The notes below the pieces were generated by a model. The model searched no databases and was not told the DNA's origin. It saw only the letters and a program-made list of their open reading frames with translations. A DNA stretch of 64,000 bases, taken from positions 6,108,389-6,172,388 of the forward strand of contig CM121343.1 of NCBI GenBank assembly GCA_051530055.1. Reading direction: 5' to 3'. Source of the stretch: Neoechinorhynchus agilis (taxonomy: Eukaryota > Animalia > Acanthocephala). Below, piece by piece: positions 22,634-33,319 of this stretch; within the stretch, counting starts at the first letter, position 1; the number at the start of each line of letters is the position of its first letter. A program made the translations under genes and the position numbers.

Positions 22634-23504
22634 ATTTGGAATCATATAAATGTTTGAAAATCCTTGGAAATGTGAGTTTGTGTTTTTAATCGATTTTTAA
22701 ATTGAAAAAAGATGTTAAGCGAACGCTGAAACATCCTTATCTTTCATGGTCTCGGAGGATACAACATTCCTTTTCTTATTTGAAGATTGAATTATTCATG
22801 TTTGTTTTTGGCCTTGAAAAATTCAAGGAATTTTATTCGTCCAATTTCCCGTTTCTATATCCTCCCTTTGCTGCCATAAGCACGACTCAAGCAAATTTCA
22901 AGAACCTGAACGAGTATTTGCCTGATTCTCTGGTTCACTTTGTTTGTTGACTGACGTTATTGTTTCTTCCCATGGCACAAACATATTCGGCAAAGGCAGA
23001 TGCTGCCCGCCGGTTCAATGTTGAATTCCTTCAAGAATAATGACTAATTGGCTACTTTTATCCACAAAAAGAATGTCTTTCTTAATTTTATCCAATTTGG
23101 TCGTTATTACTCTTAAAATGTTGGTGCGTTCCTTGGTTGCCCAATGCGTAATTATGGATTTGAGGATATCGTTTTGCAATTAGAAATACGATTTATTAAA
23201 GAAAATTCTACATTCGAGAGCTTATGAAACACTGCTTGGTTATCCATTCGCATGTTTGATGAAAGAATTTATTTAAATAGACACTTAGGCGAACTGGATT
23301 AAAGCGAAAAAAGAACTCTTTATTTTTCCTCCTAGCTTTCACCGAATTACGGCTTCTTCGGGGATCTACAAAGCATGTGGGGTAGGGTGAAGTGGACGTC
23401 GTAAGAGCGCCATGGTTGCGGATAATTCAATAACGGTTTCTTGTGGCTTTTGAAATCTTTACATTTAGTTTTAAGATTGAAGTTCATAAAAGACACTTTA
23501 TCAA

Positions 23505-23985
23505 GGATTGTCATTGTTTTCAGGAATAACCGAAACAATATCTGGGCGAATGTTTAATTCAAGTTCGCAATGTCAAAAATATGAACTGCCATTCATACCG
23601 AACGATAGTCATATTGATTTTTTTCTTCCAAAAGTTAACTTATTGCCGATATTTCACGTCGGATTATTCCGACATTTTCTCATGGATTGTCATTGTTTTC
23701 AGGAATAACCGAAAAAAATATCGGGGCGAATGTTTAGTTCAAGTTCGCAATGTCAAAAATATGAACTGCGATTCGTACCGAACAATAGTCATATTGATTT
23801 TTTCTTCCAATAGTTAACTTATTACCGATATTTCTCGTTGGATGATTCCGACATTTTCTTAAGGATTTTCATTGTTTTCAGGAATAACCGAAAAAAATAT
23901 CGGAGCGAATGTTTAGTTCAAGTTCGCCATGTCAAAAATATGAACAGCGATTCGTACCGAACGATAGTCATATTGATTTTTTTCT
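23505..23985. repeat. Tandem array, unit 180 bp, about 2.7 copies
   Basis: GGATT(G/T)TCATTGTTTTCAGGAATAACCG recurs at about 23505, 23685 and 23864. Confidence 0.92.
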
Positions 23986-24767
23986 TTGGAATTTTATAGG
24001 AAAATACTGGTCCATTCGCATTTTCTACAAAGTCTGCAAGGCAGTCCCTGGAGTGCTTAACGACCTTCTCCATGTTTTTTGCTTTATAAAAACATTTCAA
24101 AAACATTTCAAAAACATCACTCAATAAAAACAGCAAACAATTCTTCACCCTCTCTAAATCATGTAAAACTGCGATTCTTTGGTTTCTTAACAAAATAACG
24201 TCCGAAAAGTCGTGCGTGAACCCATAACGGCAATCGTTCCATCCTTTGCAATATTTTCTCCTCAAGGATTCAGGAAGCGTCAAAGGAAAGGCACGGTAAA
24301 TAGGTTTTAATTTTGTAATGTATCCGAAACCAAACTGTGTAAGATTTATTTTTAATTGTTTTCTCCCCGTTTCCTTCTTACCTCATTTAAAGTTTTTGTG
24401 CACTCTTGGAATCGTTGCGCTAAACTAGAAACTTTCTAACCGATTCTTGGTGTTTTGATTTTTATAATGTTTTTAATCCGTTTTTCTAAATTCAAAAATC
24501 ATTAAAACGTGAAAAAAACTTGAAATTAACGACGATTAATGATTTTGCGTTCGCCATTTTGGGAAGGTAACATTACCTCAAATGCTTTATTCCGATGAGC
24601 GTCGATCTCGAAACATTCCAATGTACTTTCGAAAACTTCAATGGTGACGTCAGTAATGTGAACTGAACGTCATCGATTTTTACTTGAGTTTAAGGTTCAT
24701 AGCACCAAAACGATTACGATTTACGACGTTTATTCAATTTTTTTGGTCTATAAAAATATTTTATGAA

Positions 24768-24962
24768 TATATCAATGTGTGGCCCTCCTCTATAACACAC
24801 GGCTGTTAATTTTTGGGCACACAGCCCAACGATTTGGTTCAGAGAAGTAATTCAAATACTCAATGCATTGAACCATCCGGTACGAGTTTGTACATCCCTC
24901 CGGATCCTCATATACATCCAGGAGGCGGGACTCATTAGTGAGTTCCCTCCTTTCGTCCCCTT
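24768..24962. mobile_element. Truncated, decayed copy of the inverted-repeat ribozyme element (left arm plus core only)
   Basis: Direct, closely similar match to 25147-25347; the core has CTGATGA changed to CTAATGA and lacks the TACC strand of stem III. Confidence 0.85.
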
Positions 24963-25145
24963 TTTGGTTGTGCGTCATTGGTGGTAACACATTCGAACCA
25001 CTTGATCCTTAATCGGGATCACGGGCATTAGTCCACATGACTACCTCAACACAACTACGGAATGCACAAACTCAGCCAATTTTATATTTATTAATTCAAG
25101 GCCATTGAATCTAGAATTTTTTATGAAGATTGGCAAGCCGGTAAC

Positions 25146-25458
25146 TTATATCAATGTGTGGCCCTCTATCACACACGGCTGTTAATTTTTGGGCACACAG
25201 CCCACCGATTTGGTTCAGAGAAGTAATTCAATTACTCAATGCACTGAACCATCCGGTACGAGCTTGTACATTCCTCTGGATCCTCAGATACCTCCAGGAG
25301 GCGGGACTCATCAGTGAGTTTCCTCCCTTCAGTGGTATTTCGTCCCCTTCCGGATGGTTCAGCGCATTGAGTATTTGAATTACTTCTCTGAACCAAATCG
25401 GTGGGATGTGTGCCCAAAAATTAACAGCCGTGTGATAAAAGGCCACACATTGATATAA
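25146..25458. mobile_element. Non-autonomous element with about 110-bp inverted repeats flanking a 93-nt ribozyme-like core
   Basis: 25146-25256 (TTATATCAATGTGTGGCC...CCATCCGG) is the reverse complement of 25350-25458 (CCGGATGG...GGCCACACATTGATATAA). Confidence 0.88.
25283..25346 (-). ncRNA. Putative non-circularly-permuted hammerhead ribozyme
   Basis: Minus strand reads GGGAC-GAA-ATACC ... CTCA-CTGATGA-GTCCC ... GGTAT-C-TGAG. Stems I (4 bp), II (5 bp) and III (5 bp) are all Watson-Crick and every conserved core base is present. Confidence 0.72.
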
Positions 25459-25554
25459 AAATATTCTTTCAATTATTTCACTTATCATTTTTTAATTTTA
25501 TACTTATCAGCTTAACGGAGAATCGAAATTATATCCAGAAAAATAATGGCTTCA

Positions 25555-27215
25555 TTATTATGGTGATAATAATCCCGGTAATAGCACATTTGATTTTGAT
25601 TTATTAGAAATATTTCGTGGGGTGACCTCGCCTCATCGGTCATCTAAAAATAATGTTTCTCTTATTCAGGTTTTGAGCTCGAGTGTGCGGGATCGCCAAA
25701 CCCGAAGTTCGAGGACAAATCATCCGCTCGAACCACCTGCGCATACTACGTTTTTCCGTAATTTTTGTATTGATTTTTAACACGTCGCTGGCTAGCAGTT
25801 TCAAGCTAAAATTAGCTTTATTTCCTTCCATTGTGTTAGACACAGCGATGGGCAAGGCCTCGAAAACAAGACGCCTTTCAAGTTTTCTTACGAGTGATTT
25901 TAAGCACATCTTCCTCGCACATCAAGGATGGACCCACGTTTGCGATTGAGATCCGAAAAATTAACGTTAAGCACTACAAAATGTTTACGGCCGATGGGAA
26001 CGCTTTGTTCACCAATGTCCCCTAAAACGATCGAATTATCGGCTATGTTACTATCAAAGAATTGCAGTGAACCACGTTTGGACTTTGGCTCGTGGCAGTT
26101 CCTAATTCAATGGTGCACGAGCATGACTGCCTTTGAATTTGAGGGTGTTTTCTACGATCAAAAGATGGTGTAGCCATGGGATCGTCATTAGCTCCGACCT
26201 TGGCCGACATCTACATGCGCGATTGGGAATCCACTTTCTTGGTGTTTCATAGTCATGTAAATCGGTGGTAGCGTTATGTGGACGATGTATTCATTTTTAC
26301 TGATTCAGACAATAACAGAGATTTACTAAATGTTGAAATGAACATTCAAGATCCACACATACAGTGGTCAGTCAAAGAAGAGAACATCAACGGTGAGGTC
26401 TCTTTCCTGGACGTCCTGGTTAAGCGGTCTGCGCAAGGCAAAGTTAGCACGTCACTTTCCTATTTCCGAAGAGCTTTTCTTATTTCCTTTACTCGATTTG
26501 CATGGAGTAGGGAAAGGGAGAGGATAGTACATGAGCTGAAAATGAGGGGATATCCCAAAAGGATTATGGACCGGGGAATCCGAGGCTGTAACTATCATCC
26601 GCAAAACAACAAAAAATCGTCTCCAGAGCCTGCATGCTTCGATAGAGTGCACTTCGTTGATGATGACACGAATCAAATGATTTACTCCATTATGAGTAAG
26701 AGGCCTGGAATTCGTATTTACAACACTAAAGGAATCGCTCTCAGAAGCACATTCAAGAGGAAGGGTAGAATTGAGCCGACTCATGGAAGAGGGTCGCTCA
26801 ACATAAGCAAGTCTGCAGTCGATTTGAGCATTCGTCGGCAATTTCGAATCATTAAGAGACATGCAAACATCGGGCGGATTTTGGGGCCACCAACTTCATT
26901 GAAATAGAAGAAAACTTGAAAAGGCGTCTTGTTTTGGAGGCCTTGCACATCGCTGTGTCTAACACATAGGAAGGAAATAAAGCTAATTTTAGCTTGAAAC
27001 TGCCAGCCAGTGACGTGTAAAAAATCAATACTAAAATCATGGACGGATAATTGGTCCCCGAACTTCGGATTTGGCGATCCCGCGCACTCGAGCTCAAACC
27101 CTGAATAAAACATATTGTTTTTAGATGACTGATGAGGCGAGGTCACCTCGCGAAATATTTCTAATAAATCAAAATCAAATGTGCTATTACCGGGATTATT
27201 ATCACCAAAATAATA
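25555..27215 (+). mobile_element. Second 5'-truncated Penelope-like element with an inverted pseudo-LTR
   Basis: Arms at about 25555-25890 and 26905-27215 are inverted. The spacer encodes ALFTNVP, GVAMGSSLAPTLADIYM, RYVDDVF, FLDVLV and RGYP; the right arm starts with the endonuclease C-terminal motif EENLKRRLVLEALHI. Confidence 0.88.
27121..27168 (+). ncRNA. Minimal type I hammerhead ribozyme in the pseudo-LTR, core intact
   Basis: CTGATGA-G-GCGAGG-tca-CCTCGC-GAA-ATAT-T-TCTAATAAA; the left-arm copy is mutated (CCGATGA). Confidence 0.78.
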
Positions 27216-27725
27216 CTTTGACTAACCGAAGGATTTTTTATCGATGAATGCCTTTATTGTTCTCCTCATCGATTGATACCGCTTTATAATTAGCAATTAT
27301 TTAAGATTCGACTTTTCGTCATCATAAATTTTATAATCTAAAACGCCCTTTAAGTTATGAGGGAAAAGTTTGTTATGCAACTTTGATTTTATTTTTTCGA
27401 ATTTACCGAGTTTTAAATTGTGATGCTCATTGCAGAATAAAGCTCACCCGGATGAAATCGCTACTTCTATTGAACAGTAAGATATTGTCCTAAAAACACG
27501 AGTTATTGTGGCACACCGGAAATGCGAAATAGTAGCGGCAAACGTCCGAAGTTTTTTCTTTGTGGTTTTCAACGACGCCTACTCCTTGGTAGATTTAGAA
27601 GAAATTTGAGCCTCTAGTCAAGTGGAATGTTCATGTTAAATATTTTTATGTATTTCTAGAGATCTGCGTCTTGGCATAAAATGGAATATAAAAGCGCAAA
27701 ATCCTTAAATCGAATTTAATTTCAG

Positions 27726-28271
27726 ATGAACGATAAAAATAGTCCACAGAAATACAAAGCTTTCTCTATCGAAGATGAGCATAGTTTCAACGCAACCGAC
27801 TTGTCGGAAGCTGTTAAGAAGGCGACTGGATACTCCAAAGTATTATCATTTGAGAGCGTCGAATCATCAGAAATAAACGATTCCATACTACCCACAAGGA
27901 GAAGTGATGGCGTTTGCCTCAAAAAGGGAGAGCATTTCAAAGACTATGTTGAGACCTGAAAGTTTATTTAATCTTATTATGAAAGTTCTCATTATCTTTT
28001 AGCCGACTCGGATATTGATGCCACTGAAGTGGTTCACAATCTTTCACGTGCAATAAAAGGATCCGGTTCTTACGCAGGCCGATCAACAGTTTTAGACAGC
28101 TCCTTGTCACATTCATCAACGGAGTTCATTCCTCTGAGGAAATCCCCGAAAAGAAAAACACGGACTAGACTACTACGATCTCGATCCTTGAAACAAACAC
28201 TTGACCATTCGAAATTCGGGTCGGATAATGGCGATCCTAAAAATCTTCGTTCAAGTGAACACGGTTCCTAA
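27726..28271 (+). CDS. Possible exons of an unidentified Ser/Lys-rich protein
   Basis: Two open stretches, each after an acceptor-like TTCAG or TTTTAG; no recognisable domain. Confidence 0.25.
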
Positions 28272-29003
28272 AGACAAGAGTGCATCGTCGGTGACCGAGT
28301 ACCATCAACACCATAATCTGCAAATCTTGAATTGCGCTGAAGAAAATCTTGAAACCATGCCAACGCGAGATGGAGTTATTGAGGTATCGCGATCGGTTCG
28401 ATCGGATTTGGCCGAACGAAGCTGCTAACCGACACGTTTCGTACCTACGTTGCGGCAAAGACCAGAAAAACATGCCGATTTCGTTTGCACGGTCAAAAGG
28501 CATCAAAATTATAAAACTGTGACCCGGAACAAAGCTAGTTTTATCCTCAACCGCATTTCATATATCCAGCAAGCCGGCAGCTTGGCGCAGCGTACTGAGT
28601 AAAGTCAAAGAAGAAATCAAGAGAGACTAGAGTTATTATGGGACAGTCGCCTTAAATGTTCCAGATGCCAACACATCAATTCAGACGATTTTTGACGCAC
28701 TCGAAAAAGGGCAGGTTCTATCAAGTTGGTTCGTTCTTTTCGCTGCTTCAACAGTCTATCATTGCGACTTGGTTATCTATAACAACGAATGCAAGCATCC
28801 GAAGTGAGTCATGTGTTCCGGTGCCACCTCAAATGTCCTTACCCTCTGGGAAGACGAAAATGGAATCCTTCCATGCGTTTGTTGTCTCGGCTTAACTAGG
28901 AAGCACATGTGATATAAACATCGATCGACACGCACTTTGATTAATGCTATATCGATCATGTTATAAAGATTGGTTTTTCAACTTGGTTCAATTTATTCAG
29001 TTA

Positions 29004-29560
29004 ATGGATAAAGCATTCAAACCCGCTATTTTTCAAGAAAACCCGGATGCAACAGACGGAGCCATAGGTTGGACGCACTGGAAGCTGCGGTTCAACAAAT
29101 ATATGGTAACCTTGAGGGATCTCGAATAAACAGACGAATTGGATCTCCTTATAAATATGATATCGCCGGCCGTTTACAAATATATAAGTGAATTAGACTC
29201 GTATGAAGGAGCCATGGAGCGCTTCGAGCAGATATATCAAACCTCTGTCGACAAGCAGAAGCACGATCGATTAATACATACAACCGTTAGAGATTCTCAG
29301 CATGGACTGCACTTTTGAACCTCTGGCACCCATTCAACACTATAAAATTATTATGAAAGACGTGTTCGTTACCGGACTACGCTCACCATTCGTTCGCCAA
29401 AGGATTCTTGAAAGCAATACCGCCGAAACGATCACGGCCGGCGAGCAGGTGAGCATTCCCGCCTCTGCGATCTCCGAATTGCAAAGGCTCAATGCGGAAC
29501 CTGCCAAAGGACTTTCGAACTTTTATCGAGCGGACTCGTACGTTAGCATGGCAAGCGTAA
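29004..29560 (+). mobile_element. Gypsy-type LTR retrotransposon gag fragment, decayed
   Basis: MDKAFKPAIF..WTHWKLRF..LLINMISPAVYKYISE..YE and DCTF..KDVFVTGLRSPFVRQRILE match a Gypsy gag pattern; contains stops and frameshifts. Confidence 0.65.
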
Positions 29561-29569
29561 CTCTCGTTG

Positions 29570-32135
29570 CCCAGGTTCCGGAAACCCAAGTCTTCTTTTG
29601 GATCAACTGGCAGACATAAGCAAACCTTTGGACGTCGAGTATCTCGATATTCACATCGACCGACTAACCCAGGACGCCAATATCGAGTTCAACGCACCTC
29701 CGGATTCCCAGCAGCAGGCTCCATACGTTCCCCCCTCATGCTGTTCGGTTTGCAAAGGTATTTATACGTTGACGAAAATGGGCGTTCTCAGAGTACATGG
29801 GCCCAAAGACTCCCGATGCACAGGGTCTTCTTTACCCCCACATTCTTACCAATCGTCCCCTCGCAGCCAAATCACCGACTTTGATTTTATTTGCAAAATG
29901 CTACCTCAAGATATCTTAAAGCGAATCCCCAAAGGAGCTAGAACTCAAGTTGCGCTTAAATACTCTGCTTTTCTGAATAGTTGCGTTGACAGCCTAGAGG
30001 ACATGAATTGGTTGAAGCTATACGCCTTCCCTCGCCTGGTTTTGAACACCCAAGGGTTGAATCCGAGGAACTTAACCGATTCTATAAAAAGAAAGTCCTG
30101 GAATTTTAGAGTGATTTCGAAAGGCTTTTTGTCTCATTATGACTTCTAAGAGTTTCCACAAAATCCGTCCTTTAAACGAGCGAGTTTCGGCAAAATTATC
30201 TGATGGAGACATCCGCGGAGCTGTTCGACTTTTATCCTCAACTGAAGATTTCGCCCCCAACCATGAAGCCACGTATCAGGCTCTTTTAAACAAGCACCCC
30301 AATTTTAGTGGAGCGACGGTGCTTAACTTTCCACAAGTAGCGCCGGACCAAACTTCCGTCGATGAATTTAAAAGCGCTATTTTCTCCTTCGTGAAAGGTT
30401 CAGGACACGGACCTGACGGTTTGCGCCCTCAACACCTCAAGGATATGTTATCCTTCTCGACCTGTACTGCGGGTAAACTCCTGGAATCTTCTCTGGTCAG
30501 AGTGGTTGACCTTTTCATCCGGGGTTCCCTTAGCGAATTCGGAATCCGGCTTTTCTTCTCGGCTTCTCTTTGTGCGCTTTCGAAAATAGATGGCAGGATT
30601 CGTCCCATCGCCATCGGCTGCACTCTTCGGAGACTTGCAGCTAAAATAATATGTAAGAGAGTTGCGCCGAAATTGGGTGGGGTGTTGAGGCCTTTCCAGC
30701 TAGGATGCTGCACACCTTGTGGTGCCGAAGCCATGACTCACGCTCTTCGCGACCATCTTGAAATGGCAAAGACTCCCTTGGTCGTCTTAAAGTTAGATTT
30801 TAAAAAAGCTTTCAACTCCTTCCGTAGAGAGAAAATGTTGGATGCCATCAAAGATTTTATCCTTGGTCCCATTGGATTCGCGTGTACAATCAATGAATTG
30901 GCACAATCACCAATTTCTCCTTTCAACGGCTGGTACCTGGATGACGCCACACTCAGCGGTGATCCCCAGGTTGTTTTAGGGGACTTACAAGCTATTATAA
31001 GCGAAGCAGAAAACTTGGGCCTCGAACTGAATTTCGAAAAATGCGAAATCCTTTTTCAGGGATTCGATGGCAGTTCCCGTTCGACGATCATCGCAGATTT
31101 TCGGCAAGTTGCTCCCGGGGTGCGCGAGGTTACAAAATGCGAATTTAATCTCCTCGGAAGCCCCATTTTCGCCGAAAATGTCTCAAAGGACCTCGAGGCC
31201 CATATACCGAAGCTCGATTTATTATGTACAAGAGCATGTGAGCTGTCAGCGCACGAAGCCTTCTTCCTTTTAAAGAATTGCCTATACATCCCCAAATTGA
31301 TGTATAAGCTGAGAGCTGCTCCGTGTTTCGGGGAGAAAATAGTTTTATCGGATCTCGACGGGGTTTTACGCTCTTTTTTAAAGAAAATTTTAAATATAAA
31401 CATTACGGATATGGGCTGGCGGCAGGCTACGTTCCCAACCTCTTTTGGCGGCCTCGGCATCCGCGCAGTGTCTGATTTAGCCCTTCCAGCGCTCCTCGCC
31501 TTTTACCGAGCCAGCAAAACGTACGCGGACTTTCCAACATGAGACAAAACTCCCAACATTATTTGGACGGTTTGTCGATCTGGCAATCCCGGACAGAGAT
31601 CCCGCACCTTCCGGAAAATGACCACAAGCAGTCGGCTTGGGACCTTCCCCCAATAAAGACGATTCACGAATCCTTTAAAGATCTTCTCGAAGAGGCTTCC
31701 CAAGTTCGTCTTGCGGCGTGCTCTACAAAGGAATCCGGAGCCTGGCTAAATGCTCTCCCCGCCCCGACAATCGGAACTCTTCTAGAGGATTCCACGTTAA
31801 GGGTCGCAGTTTCTTTAAGATTGGGCCAGGATATTTGTATCTCGCATCGCTGTCGCTGCGGCTCTATAGTTGACGCTAATGGCAGACACGGCATCCGTTG
31901 TAAAATGTCCAGAGGGAGGTTTCCAAGACACGCAGAGTTGAACTCAATTTTGAGTAGAGCCTCAGATTCCGTTCACGTGCCCAATATTCTAGAGCCGAGT
32001 AATTTATACTGCCTAGACAGCAAGCGACCAGACGGTGTTACGGTTTTTCCATGGCAGGAGGGAAAACCGCTTTTATGGGATGCGACTTGTGTGGACACGC
32101 TTGCCCACAGTAATTTTCCCAACGACGCGACCACA
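29570..32135 (+). mobile_element. CRE-clade non-LTR retrotransposon (zinc finger, RT, restriction-like endonuclease), defective
   Basis: Motifs CSVC..HGP..C, GPDGLRPQHLKD, RPIAIGCTLRRLAAK, KLDFKKAFN, WYLDD, GGLGIR, CRCG..HGIRC..RHAELN and RPDGVTVFPWQEGKPLLWDAT; two frameshifts. Confidence 0.88.
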
Positions 32136-32320
32136 AGGTTGAGCGTGTCATTATCGAGGCCATGTACATTCAGGGAGCCAATACTTTCGAGGGAAACAAG
32201 ACAGATTATTCCCTAAAGTTGAGGATACCTCCTGACAAGAAAATGATGTTTCCAATTCCCTTTTTAGATAATTGACTGAAGTCCAGCGTGATTGGACGAA
32301 ATATTTCAATAAAAGTCATC
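32136..32320 (+). mobile_element. 3' tip of a third Penelope-like element with a decayed hammerhead
   Basis: Encodes ERVIIEAMYIQ (GIY-YIG C-terminal motif), then ATTGA-CTGAA-GTCCAG-cgtga-TTGGAC-GAA-ATAT-T-TCAAT-AAA. Stems I and II are intact and the core is 2-3 nt short. Confidence 0.65.
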
Positions 32321-32903
32321 TTGCATATATAATTTTTCCCCACGTTCACATACTCATGGATTTTATCTTTGCCTATGAATCATACGCCACACTCGATTAA
32401 GCAGGTACGAAGAAACCCAACAATGGCAGATTGTTTAATCGAGTTGGCTGTGCTTGCGGTGATCGAGGCATATGAGAACGTGGTATATGAGCTAAGCACG
32501 AATAACCGCCATCCAAAGTACAGTTTTTCTTGATTTAGAAAGACATCCTCCGTCGATCGGAAGGGTACATTGATAGGCGGAAAAAGTTTCCAATGACTTT
32601 GAACAAATCACTCACCTTTATTGAGGCGTTAAGATGTCTTCACGGCCCTCGTTACAAAGGGAAAATAAACCATTGTATCCAAAATCGCTCAACTTATCAG
32701 CGAACAAAACAGAACGATACAGGAACATGTAAGCAGCGATTAGAAACCGACGGCGGTTTACAGTGTACAAAAAACGGAAGAATTCTAGTCCGTGTAATTA
32801 TTTGGTTCGCGTTAAAAATCGTATCATCATCTTTTCAATCGAAAAATAATTTGTTAAAATTAGCGATGTAGTTTGCTTGCTCGAAGTGTTTTTAAATTAA
32901 CTT

Positions 32904-33217
32904 GGGACCCAGTGGCCTAGTGGTGTGCGCGTTCATAATACGCTCGATATGTCGCTGGTTCAAATCCACTGCTCGCTGGGATCCACGGGGGTTGAGAGGC
33001 TGCTAGAAGGGTAGGATTATGTTTGAAATCGCCCATCGGCCCGAAAAAGTGGGTTGACCCTTTCCCTTCGAGTGCGGCTAAGCGCTTCCGATGTGTGTAA
33101 GTTAGCCGAAAGGCTCCCAAAGGAATATAACCGAGAGGCTCAAAAGAAGATGTCGTAAGACCCTGAATGTATGCGAACTAAAAACTGTTTGAGGTTATGT
33201 GATAAATAAATAAAAAA
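32904..33217 (+). mobile_element. tRNA-derived SINE
   Basis: A box TGGCCTAGTGG (32913-32923), B box GGTTCAAATCC (32957-32967), about 230 nt of non-tRNA body and a (TAAA)n A-rich tail. Confidence 0.75.
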
Positions 33218-33319
33218 CAGCGATTGAGTTCGTTTTTTAAAGTGTGTTTTAATGCTCATTATGGAATTGACTAACAGTTTTAAGTTTCTTCGAATGAAAA
33301 TTTACAATCGTTTTTAAAG

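Noticed and set aside
32904-32980. tRNA gene
   Set aside because: A and B boxes are present, but there is no acceptor-stem pairing or clean anticodon arm, and the sequence continues into a SINE-like body.
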